From a virus, in the IMG/VR virus record IMGVR_UViG_3300020557_000003: a stretch of DNA of 15,862 bases; one strand, written 5' to 3'. The notes under the pieces were generated by a model, which had not been told where the DNA came from, ran no database searches, and saw nothing but the letters and a program-made list of their open reading frames with translations. A program made the translations under genes and the position numbers. Positions 6,603 to 13,854 of the stretch are shown here, one piece after another (positions within the stretch are counted from its first letter, which is position 1; each line of letters opens with the position of its first letter).

Positions 6603-8234
6603 TTATGCCTTTAGGTAACGAACGATACCGTTAGGCATTTTTGCGATAGTTGCCATAAAGCCGTAAATCGCTACCTGTACTTGTAGGTTCGATACTACGT
6701 TTACTGACATATAAGCCTGTGGGCTACGGTAAACAGTAAATGCCTCAGGGGCCAAAATTAACGCTGATGAGTCGTCTACTGTGGTTTCTGTGAAGTTCTT
6801 GTCTACGTATAGATCAAGGCCTAGTACGTTACCGCGAATAGACTGAGGGCCTACCTGTCCCGCCGCGTTCATCGGTTGGATGGCATTGTAAATTGGTCTC
6901 TTTGTGGTATCTGTTGCGCCCATTAGTAGTTGCCATTGTGCGGCATTTCCTACGTAGTTCTGCGCGAAGTAACCTGTGTTTTTGTAGATTGCTGCTGCAG
7001 CTTGTGAAGTAAAGGCAATAACTCCATCGCTATCAGCTGTTGTAGGTGTTGAGCCTGTACTAGCTGTCAATAGAGCATTTACTACAGCTGTATCAATAGT
7101 AGTTAAATACGCGTTCTGCAACTGCTGTGTGAGCTCGGCATAGAAATTCGGATCTGACCTCTCAAGCAACTCAATACTAATTGTGCCCATACCTGAGTAC
7201 TTCTGAACAGTTCCAGTAAGGTACGCGCTCTGCATATCTGTATTCGATACTGCGCCGTTTTCTGCCTCTACTGTAACAGTAGGTGCTACGCCTGTACCGC
7301 CGCCCGCAGCTGTAACAAGTGATGGAACGTTAATTGTCATACCCTGTGCTGGCAAAACTCCCTGTGAACAAGCATCGATCGCAGGTGTACCAAAACGAGT
7401 ATTAGTTACAAACTCTTGTAAGTACTGTGTTGGATTAAATGCAGGATTTCCAGCAAAATCATCCGCGGCAGTTACGTAAAGCTTTGACTCATCGCTACCT
7501 AGTGCAGCTTTGATCTTATGCTCTGTGTAAGTTGCCATAGATACGATTGGTGTACGTAGTCTTTGAGAGTCAAGGACTGACGGACGAATAATCTTACGAG
7601 CAGCTTCGACTTTTTCAGCCTCGGCCGGTGCATCTACCGGGGTTTCCTCCGGTGTATTTTCTGGGGCTGTAGTCACAGCTTCCTCGCTTTCGGTTTCTGT
7701 TTCGGTTTCGATCTCTACGATAGTCGTAGAAATAGTAGTTGTTTTTTCTTTTGTACTTGTTGCAGCTTCGATAGCAGCTCTCGCCGCCATAATTTCATCG
7801 ACGGATGCGCTAGAAAATGCGGCGCTCTCGACGAGCGACACTTCCTTGAGGACGGCAGCCGTGACAAGCAAGTAATCACCCATCGGCTTCGAGGCGGTTA
7901 CATCCACCCCAACGGATAGGCCGGATACGAGATTTTCTTGCGCTAATACGAGTGCATCTTGTCCTCGAGTGCTACTCGAAAGCTTAAACGATCCGTATAC
8001 GCCTTCGGTAGAGTCGCTAAAACTAATAGCGCGACCTACTGGCTTGTCCTGTTGATGCTGCGATAGTAATTTAATTTTTCCTGCATCTGGAATAGCAATA
8101 CTGCCGCGCTCGAACATTACACGGCCTGCGCTTGTGTGACCGATCTCGCCATATGGTGCAACGAGTCCGGATACGATGCGGCGCTCTGTATCTGCGGCTT
8201 GGATCTCTTGACTAAACGTTAGTAGCACTTGCAT
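6603..8234 (-). CDS. Prohead protease / major capsid protein fusion (HK97-like), 543 aa.
   Basis: Listed ORF. Residues about 1-150 carry prohead-protease (S78/U35-type) patterns: ...ERRIVSGLVAPYG..., QHQQDKPVGR and LVSGLSVGVD. Residues about 158-212 form a Thr/Glu/Pro-rich linker (IETETETESEEAVTTAPENTPEETPVDAPAEAE). The remainder is the length and composition of an HK97-fold capsid protein (...VEAENGAVSNTDMQSAYLTGTVQKYSGMGTISIELLERSD...). Confidence 0.8.
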   Translation of the reverse strand: MQVLLTFSQEIQAADTERRIVSGLVAPYGEIGHTSAGRVMFERGSIAIPDAGKIKLLSQHQQDKPVGRAISFSDSTEGVYGSFKLSSSTRGQDALVLAQENLVSGLSVGVDVTASKPMGDYLLVTAAVLKEVSLVESAAFSSASVDEIMAARAAIEAATSTKEKTTTISTTIVEIETETETESEEAVTTAPENTPEETPVDAPAEAEKVEAARKIIRPSVLDSQRLRTPIVSMATYTEHKIKAALGSDESKLYVTAADDFAGNPAFNPTQYLQEFVTNTRFGTPAIDACSQGVLPAQGMTINVPSLVTAAGGGTGVAPTVTVEAENGAVSNTDMQSAYLTGTVQKYSGMGTISIELLERSDPNFYAELTQQLQNAYLTTIDTAVVNALLTASTGSTPTTADSDGVIAFTSQAAAAIYKNTGYFAQNYVGNAAQWQLLMGATDTTKRPIYNAIQPMNAAGQVGPQSIRGNVLGLDLYVDKNFTETTVDDSSALILAPEAFTVYRSPQAYMSVNVVSNLQVQVAIYGFMATIAKMPNGIVRYLKA

Positions 8235-9372
8235 CTCCCAGCGGTGTTAGTTGCTCCATAGAGCGAGCTTGCTCTACTGAAATTAAATCTAGGTTTAACA
8301 TTTTCTCGATAATATCTAAACGATCTTTAGCATCGACTCGTAAAAAGGTATCGTCTACCGCAAAGCGCACTTGGTTTTGGCTATTAGTTATGTCGTTCAT
8401 TGATAGACGATCCTCGATTGCAGAGATGTAAGGCTGCAAAGAATAAGCGACAAACTCTTTACGTCCGTCTAATATATTTTGATACGTCATTGAGTTATTC
8501 ATATCGGCAGAAATGTAATATGCCGGGACGTTCATAGCGCGAGCAATTTCAGTTGCTAAATATTGTGATGCCTCGTTATACATCATATCGCGAGGACTAA
8601 AGCCAATATTTTCCGCGGTCAAAGTCGAGGTTAAATATGCCGTACTGCGATTTTTTCTTGCAGAATTCCATCCAGCTAGTAAACCTTGGATCTGTGTCTC
8701 AGGTAAATCAGCACCATTATTTTTTAGGATAGTAGTAGCCATTGGCGTAGCAGCGCTAACAGATGCAGCTCTTTGTATATCCCAAGCAGCCTTAATAGTC
8801 GTACCTGCGGTTTGTAATACTCCAGGAATTAACGATTGGAAAGTAACAAGCGATCCGATACCGCCCATAGGTACGAGCTGACCATCTACAAAATAATCTT
8901 TAACCTCTGTGCCGTATTGATTAGTCGTAAAGGTAACGCGATTATTAGCGACCCACTCAAAGCCGGACGGTCTGCCATCATCGGCGTACAAAGATGTAAC
9001 GCGCCAATATGCAACCGAGTAAAAAATTAAACTATCTACTGTTGCCGCGATCGTAACGCTTCGAGGTTGGCGCTGGTCGGGTTGCTCTAACCAAACTGGA
9101 GATCCTAATTTTTCGCCTGTAGATTTTTTATATAATGCTAAATCGATCGATGAGATAACTCCGGCTACTAGGTTTCTACAGCGGCTAACGCTCGCGACCT
9201 GTAAAGCAAAATTACGATCGATACCAATACCGTTATAACCAAAAGCGCTATTAGTATTAAAAGATCCGTAACCGTAAGTAGTATCCATTACCGCCGGGGC
9301 ATACTGAGCCTCTACCGTCTGCTTTTCAGCTGACTTAAAACCAAGCGTTTGTAATAGTCCCATAGTCTCCAT
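8212..9372 (-). CDS. Portal protein (HK97-family type), 386 aa.
   Basis: Listed ORF. Size and position between the large terminase and the protease/capsid gene. Overall sequence character fits HK97-type portals. Confidence 0.8.
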   Translation of the reverse strand: METMGLLQTLGFKSAEKQTVEAQYAPAVMDTTYGYGSFNTNSAFGYNGIGIDRNFALQVASVSRCRNLVAGVISSIDLALYKKSTGEKLGSPVWLEQPDQRQPRSVTIAATVDSLIFYSVAYWRVTSLYADDGRPSGFEWVANNRVTFTTNQYGTEVKDYFVDGQLVPMGGIGSLVTFQSLIPGVLQTAGTTIKAAWDIQRAASVSAATPMATTILKNNGADLPETQIQGLLAGWNSARKNRSTAYLTSTLTAENIGFSPRDMMYNEASQYLATEIARAMNVPAYYISADMNNSMTYQNILDGRKEFVAYSLQPYISAIEDRLSMNDITNSQNQVRFAVDDTFLRVDAKDRLDIIEKMLNLDLISVEQARSMEQLTPLGDASATNV

Positions 9373-9415
9373 TTTCCCATAATGTCAAGCATAAATACGG
9401 CTATCTGCCGCGTGT

Positions 9416-10831
9416 CTAAACGTAAACTTTAGCCTCGCCCATTGGTTGGTTAAGGATGTGTACGACCATTGATAAACCGATCGCTATATCTACAGGCCCG
9501 GCCGATTTACGACGGACGATACGCCAGCTATCCGGAGACTCTTTAGCTGCACAATTCGCCATATGAGTAACGAGTGCATCTTGGCCCGAGTGTACGAGTC
9601 TTTTATTAGCTAGAGCTTCGTATAGATCGCCGGAGGCCTGATAACCTTTTTGGCCGGAGATATCTACAATCTGTATGCCGTTTACCTCGAGGCGTTTGGC
9701 TATTGAGGCCGTCGTGTACTTGTCGTAAGCAACTTGCCGCGGATAATAAACCTTGGCCCACTTAGCAATAGCGTTAGCTACGAATAACTCATCGATGGAT
9801 ACGTCCGAGTGGAAAGTCTCAAGGACTGCTACACCGATACGACCATCGGCAAGGACTTGTCCCATAACGAGCGAACCGTCTCTACGACTCGGGCTAACAT
9901 CAAAAGCAAAGATAGTTAAAGGCCCGGGTGCTAGCTTGAGATCCTTATCGCCTGCATCCTCAACGGACATATGAGGCCAAGGTGAGGCAGTACTAGATAT
10001 CCATTGGCAAAGCATCTCGGTTTTTGTAGTTTCGATGGGTTGAGTACTGACCGCTTCGGCTAATACGTCCTCGTCGAACAGGTAGCCAAGGGCCGGGTTC
10101 GAGTAGGCCCAGCCGTCGCGATCATCGATCTTACAAAAGGCCGGAGCGCTGTATTCGTAAAAGCCAAACGTCTTAGGCGGGTTAGATAAGGCGCGCTCGC
10201 GTAGGTCATTAAGTACCGTGCTAAAGGCATCTCCGGCGTTTGACGTGTACAGGGCTTGACTATTGACCTTTGCACGAGTCGTAGGCGTAGCTGCGCGATA
10301 ACCTTCTTCCGAGATTTCGCGTAGCTCGTCGATGTATAAAAATGAGGCTGTACGGCCACGGCTACCATCTCTCGTAGCTGCAACTACGTCGAGCCTATGT
10401 CCGTTTTTTAACTCGATCGACTCCGTACCATTGGCGTATCGGATCTGTTTAACTTGCCTGCTCAGCTCGGCCGAGCCCTCGATGGCGTAGGCCACTTGCC
10501 TAAAGGTGTCTAAGGCCATCGATCTATTAGAGGACATAATAAGCACGTTAGGGCTATCGAATAAAAACATATGCCCCAGCATCATCATACGCGCGAGGTG
10601 AGTCTTGCCCTGTTGCCTCGACGTAAGGACGAGATTACTACGCCTGATAAACATATTATTTTCATCTACCGAGGTCATATCTCTAATTACAAAATCTTGC
10701 CACGGTAAAAGCGGTAGCCCAATACTTTCGGCCAGCTGAGAGATCTCATCGCCGCGATTTTTGCCTTTGAGGTAGGGACTATGTAGGCGAGGCTCAGTAG
10801 CCCCCTTACGGGGAGTTTTAGGCTGGGTCAT
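9416..10831 (-). CDS. terL: Terminase large subunit, 471 aa.
   Basis: Listed ORF. Walker-A-like SRQQGKT, Walker-B-like FLYIDEL, and a C-terminal nuclease-like IFAFDVS segment. Lies upstream of the portal and downstream of the HNH gene. Confidence 0.85.
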   Translation of the reverse strand: MTQPKTPRKGATEPRLHSPYLKGKNRGDEISQLAESIGLPLLPWQDFVIRDMTSVDENNMFIRRSNLVLTSRQQGKTHLARMMMLGHMFLFDSPNVLIMSSNRSMALDTFRQVAYAIEGSAELSRQVKQIRYANGTESIELKNGHRLDVVAATRDGSRGRTASFLYIDELREISEEGYRAATPTTRAKVNSQALYTSNAGDAFSTVLNDLRERALSNPPKTFGFYEYSAPAFCKIDDRDGWAYSNPALGYLFDEDVLAEAVSTQPIETTKTEMLCQWISSTASPWPHMSVEDAGDKDLKLAPGPLTIFAFDVSPSRRDGSLVMGQVLADGRIGVAVLETFHSDVSIDELFVANAIAKWAKVYYPRQVAYDKYTTASIAKRLEVNGIQIVDISGQKGYQASGDLYEALANKRLVHSGQDALVTHMANCAAKESPDSWRIVRRKSAGPVDIAIGLSMVVHILNQPMGEAKVYV

Positions 10832-10838
10832 ATAATTA

Positions 10839-11171
10839 TCAATTCTGATCCGGTTGGCCTACACACGGCCCGGCAAGGACTGTACTGGTCGTTTTTGGGG
10901 AGGAATTGCCTTGAAAGGCAGGGGGGGTAGAATTGGATGCTAAAAAAACAGCCTGTGAGCGTGAACCTTTCGAGCTATTGCATCGTCTACACGCTGCGAC
11001 ACAGTTATCCATATCCATAGGATCGCCTCCGGCTTTGATGCTACGCACGTGATCTACCGTACTGGCATCCTGCCCACAATAGGCACACGTGTATCCATCT
11101 CTAGCTAACACGGCTAAGCGTATGCGCTTCCAGTCTCTCGTAACACGTGGGTCGTGTCTACCCTTGACCAT
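10839..11171 (-). CDS. HNH endonuclease (packaging-associated type), 110 aa.
   Basis: Listed ORF with CAYCG...DHV...GG...DN...CRRCNSSKG, i.e. two CxxC pairs plus His and Asn of the beta-beta-alpha-Me motif. Immediately upstream of terL. Confidence 0.85.
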   Translation of the reverse strand: MVKGRHDPRVTRDWKRIRLAVLARDGYTCAYCGQDASTVDHVRSIKAGGDPMDMDNCVAACRRCNSSKGSRSQAVFLASNSTPPAFQGNSSPKTTSTVLAGPCVGQPDQN

Positions 11172-11654
11172 TTAGTAATGACCAGTCTTTAGATGATGAG
11201 CATAAGCTCGACAAGGTGTCTTATATCTATGTTCGATGTACTTAAGTCCTAAGTCTATCTGCTTAAATGGATCTAACTCTTTTAGCTTAAGTAGTTGAGG
11301 TATGCCATATGCTGAGGACTTAGGGTTATCTGCACGTGGATCCCATCTACTTTCTCTATTCCAGAGTAGCTCTAGGCATCTATATTGCTTTGCATTGAGT
11401 AGCTTCATATGAGCGTATAACTTATAGTTTTCTTTATCTCTTTGTGTACTTACCGCCTGAGCTGTAGGCATATTGGTAAATAGCAATAGCCCGGCCAAAA
11501 GCACCAGACTGCGCCTGCGAGCTATCCGCCTCAGCGGCTCGCCTGCGAGTATGGAGCGTAGCGATAAAGTCAAATACCTGTCAATTCTGAGCGTGGCTTT
11601 GAGCGTGTCCCACAGGTTATTAACCCCTGTGTATAACTTCTGTGGATAACTCAT
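11172..11654 (-). CDS. Exported or membrane-anchored transglycosylase-like (SLT / Apf C-terminal-like) peptidoglycan hydrolase, 160 aa from the ATG at 11654.
   Basis: The track ORF runs to a TTG at 11666, but the ATG at 11654-11652 forms an ATGA overlap with the methylase stop. CLELLWNRESRWDPRADNPKSSAYGIPQ ... LGLKYIEHRYKTPCRAYAHHLKTGHY matches the LW.RES.W...A.N..S.AYGIPQ ... RYG.PC.AW.....G.Y family common in Gram-positive bacteria. RRIARRRSLVLLAGLLLFTNMPTAQA looks like a signal or anchor segment. Confidence 0.7.
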   Translation of the reverse strand: MSYPQKLYTGVNNLWDTLKATLRIDRYLTLSLRSILAGEPLRRIARRRSLVLLAGLLLFTNMPTAQAVSTQRDKENYKLYAHMKLLNAKQYRCLELLWNRESRWDPRADNPKSSAYGIPQLLKLKELDPFKQIDLGLKYIEHRYKTPCRAYAHHLKTGHY

Positions 11655-12385
11655 AGCATAATCCAAGGTACACGTTTATTAGCTATATTACAGTAATTAG
11701 AGCTTAATTCGCTTCCTATGTAATGACGTTTGTTTAATATGGCCATTTTTGCCGTAGTACCGCTGCCCATAAACGGATCATAAACAAGCTCGCCCTCATC
11801 GCTCCAAGTTAATATATGGTCTTGAGCTAATTCCTCAGGATACGGCGCTGGATGGCCAGTACTATTTAATGAAGTCACATAAGTCCAGATATTAGCTCGT
11901 GGGCCGAATTCTTTTACAGGGCTTGAGTTTTTGCCTGACCAATCCATATGACCAGCCCATTTATTAGCCTTATCACATATCAGATTAGCTTTTGGTTTTC
12001 CTTTACTAAACACAAACATATACTCAAATATCTGTGTATATCGGTTTGAGTCCGGCCGAGCTGAGTATTTACTTGAGTTTTTTTGATAAATCATCGTGTC
12101 GTGCAAGTTAAAGCCAATACTCATAAAGTAAAGCGCTTGCTTAAAGCTCGTGCCAGTTTCCGACCCGTTTTTAGTCGCATCTCCGACTACCCATACAATT
12201 ACGCCTGTTTCTTTGATAACCCTATAAAGTTCATCCGCTATCGGCTCAAAATCAAAGCTATAACCTTCATAATCGCGTAAGTCATCATATGGTGGCGATG
12301 TAACTACTAAATCAATTACTCCATCATCCATTTTACGCATTGTGTCGAGGCAATTTTCATTATAAATAGTATCTTTATTAAGCAT
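11651..12385 (-). CDS. DNA methyltransferase, beta-class amino-MTase (N4-cytosine or N6-adenine), 244 aa.
   Basis: Listed ORF. Motif IV TSPPY lies near the N-terminus and motif I DPFMGSGTT near the C-terminus. This is the beta-class order of the N-4/N-6 DNA methylase family. Confidence 0.85.
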   Translation of the reverse strand: MLNKDTIYNENCLDTMRKMDDGVIDLVVTSPPYDDLRDYEGYSFDFEPIADELYRVIKETGVIVWVVGDATKNGSETGTSFKQALYFMSIGFNLHDTMIYQKNSSKYSARPDSNRYTQIFEYMFVFSKGKPKANLICDKANKWAGHMDWSGKNSSPVKEFGPRANIWTYVTSLNSTGHPAPYPEELAQDHILTWSDEGELVYDPFMGSGTTAKMAILNKRHYIGSELSSNYCNIANKRVPWIML

Positions 12386-12536
12386 CTTTACCCCAGCCTT
12401 TACCCTTAAAGCTTATGCCCGGTGCGTGATATACCTGCCTCATATGAGTACCGCAGCAGATAGGCGCAGCGTTTGAGGTTATAGGTTGCTCAAGCTCATA
12501 CCGGATATTGCAGCTGATACACTCATACTCATACAT
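12378..12536 (-). CDS. FmdB-type zinc-ribbon protein, 52 aa (MYEYECISCNIRYELEQPITSNAAPICCGTHMRQVYHAPGISFKGKGWGKDA), not in the ORF track.
   Basis: ATG at 12536-12534 and TAA at 12380-12378, with 8-nt overlaps with both neighbours. The YEYEC..C ... CC ... F.GKGW pattern is the hallmark of the FmdB-family CxxC_CxxC zinc ribbon. Confidence 0.65.
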   Translation of the reverse strand: MYEYECISCNIRYELEQPITSNAAPICCGTHMRQVYHAPGISFKGKGWGKDA

Positions 12537-12690
12537 CGGCATCGGCTGACTCCATCAAACACACGCCCATAACCCCGCATTTAGTGCATTGGAGCGTTTT
12601 AACGTTAGGCGGCAGGTTATCGGTAATGATGCGTTCGATTTGCTCTGTTACCTTTTTACATTTACGGCACTCGTATTTATATGTAGTCAT
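12529..12690 (-). CDS. Zinc-ribbon protein, 53 aa (MTTYKYECRKCKKVTEQIERIITDNLPPNVKTLQCTKCGVMGVCLMESADADV), not in the ORF track.
   Basis: ATG at 12690-12688 in a TAATG overlap with the upstream ORF, and TGA at 12531-12529. YKYECRKC ... CTKC gives two CxxC pairs, with an FmdB-like N-terminus. Confidence 0.6.
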   Translation of the reverse strand: MTTYKYECRKCKKVTEQIERIITDNLPPNVKTLQCTKCGVMGVCLMESADADV

Positions 12691-12875
12691 TAGGCCCTAC
12701 AGTCTGCACAAAGCCACATTACGACCTCGCCTGATACATCTTGTACGTTAAAGCCGTTTAGTGCTGTCTGCCATTTTTTGCATTGGTCGCAGTACTGAGC
12801 AGCTACTACGGTTATGTTCCCGTCGTCGTGGATCGTCGTAGCGTATCCGTCCTTAATAAAGGTTAATTCTCCCAT
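12690..12875 (-). CDS. Small Cys-rich (CxxC...CxxC) protein, 61 aa.
   Basis: Listed ORF with CDQC ... CADC. TAATG overlaps at both ends. Confidence 0.6.
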   Translation of the reverse strand: MGELTFIKDGYATTIHDDGNITVVAAQYCDQCKKWQTALNGFNVQDVSGEVVMWLCADCRA

Positions 12876-13252
12876 TACAGTTTTACCGCCTTATCTATAT
12901 GTAACAGCGCTATCTCTTTATCTACTGGAGCAGTCTTATTAAAGGTGCTGGCAGGTAAGCGCCGGGTAGTCCATTTAATAGTTATTTTGCGTAGGTTAAA
13001 CGCGTATATGCCTTGAGGCGTTTCATTAATATAAAACGGCGTATAGCCCAGGCTGTTAGCTTGTTGCATTAGTGAGTCGTACTTATCTTTTTCTAGTAGC
13101 AGCTCGTCATAATGCGTATGTCTGCACTTGAGCTCTACTACCATCCGATAGCCGTCGCTTGTCGCATCGATGTACTCGAAAGCATCGTTAGATCGCTCTA
13201 AGTCCTCTACGTAGGTCGCTTTGATGTACTTAAACAGATCGTCCTCGGTCAT
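12875..13252 (-). CDS. Protein with a PD-(D/E)xK nuclease-like motif, 125 aa. Possibly a resolvase or endonuclease.
   Basis: Listed ORF. FEYIDATSDGYRMVVELKCR gives D29...E40-x-K42, the classical PD-(D/E)xK spacing. ATGA overlap with the upstream gene. Confidence 0.4.
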   Translation of the reverse strand: MTEDDLFKYIKATYVEDLERSNDAFEYIDATSDGYRMVVELKCRHTHYDELLLEKDKYDSLMQQANSLGYTPFYINETPQGIYAFNLRKITIKWTTRRLPASTFNKTAPVDKEIALLHIDKAVKL

Positions 13253-13854
13253 ACCTGAGGCTCATACTTTCCTGTGCTACGTAATACATACCATCGAGGC
13301 GTACATTGGGTAGCTTTAGTTCGCTCGGTGCAGAAATACCCAGCCCAGTTCTTAGGCGATCCGGTTGCCGATTGCTTCCAAATCATCGTGCCGTGAGAAC
13401 AGCGTGGGGCCTCAGCTACTAACTCGCCGCCTAGTTGCGTACTGATATCTGCTACAGCTGTAGCCATAGTAGGAATATCCTCTATAGCTGCTCGATTACT
13501 CCACGGATCCGGATCGGCTGGCAAGTTCTCTACCTTTTGCATATCCTGAACAGTAGGCCGAGCGTGTTCGCTAGGTGTTAATAGGCCTATCACACGGCCG
13601 TAAGCGCTCGTTACCGTATCCTCTATCAGCCATTTTTTCATATTGTTAGTTAGGTGTGCCACATTACCAAACGCATAATCTACGGCGCTTGGAAGTGCAT
13701 CCTCGTACTCACGATAAGCCTCAGCTTTAACCAAAACCGTACCTTTGATAACGTCTATATCCTCGATGTAGGCTATTAAACGCCCGGTCGGAAATTCTGA
13801 TCTAAAGCGCTTGATACGAGCGTTTACATCCTCGTAGTTATCTAGGAACCCCAT
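13249..13854 (-). CDS. Hypothetical early protein, 201 aa, with a C-terminal Cys/His cluster. Possibly DNA-binding.
   Basis: Listed ORF. The N-terminal NYEDVNARIKRFRSEFPTGRL ... EDTVTSAYGRVIGLL reminds me of a conserved but poorly characterised phage early-protein family. The C-terminus CSHG...FC...C could bind zinc. The function is not established. Confidence 0.45.
   Translation of the reverse strand: MGFLDNYEDVNARIKRFRSEFPTGRLIAYIEDIDVIKGTVLVKAEAYREYEDALPSAVDYAFGNVAHLTNNMKKWLIEDTVTSAYGRVIGLLTPSEHARPTVQDMQKVENLPADPDPWSNRAAIEDIPTMATAVADISTQLGGELVAEAPRCSHGTMIWKQSATGSPKNWAGYFCTERTKATQCTPRWYVLRSTGKYEPQV

Noticed and set aside
7687-7712. An imperfect GGTTTC/GGTTTCTG tandem repeat, considered as a possible repeat element or CRISPR-like array.
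   Set aside because: It is only about 25 bp long and in frame. It simply encodes the ETETETESEE part of the protease-capsid linker, and there is no spacer/repeat architecture.
9373-9415. A perfect TTGACA (minus strand, 9388-9383) upstream of the portal gene, considered as an internal promoter.
   Set aside because: With a 17-nt spacer the -10 position reads CTATGG (2/6 match) and falls inside the portal start region. No better -10 exists at 16-18 nt.
11512-11549. A 10-nt direct repeat (cgcctgcgag at 11512-11521 and 11540-11549) flanking a small imperfect hairpin, considered as iterons or a cos/pac site.
   Set aside because: By rough expectation, a single 10-nt pair this close together in a 15.8-kb sequence is not clearly beyond chance. 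It lies in the coding region for the Arg/Leu/Ala-rich signal-like segment, and there are no further copies.
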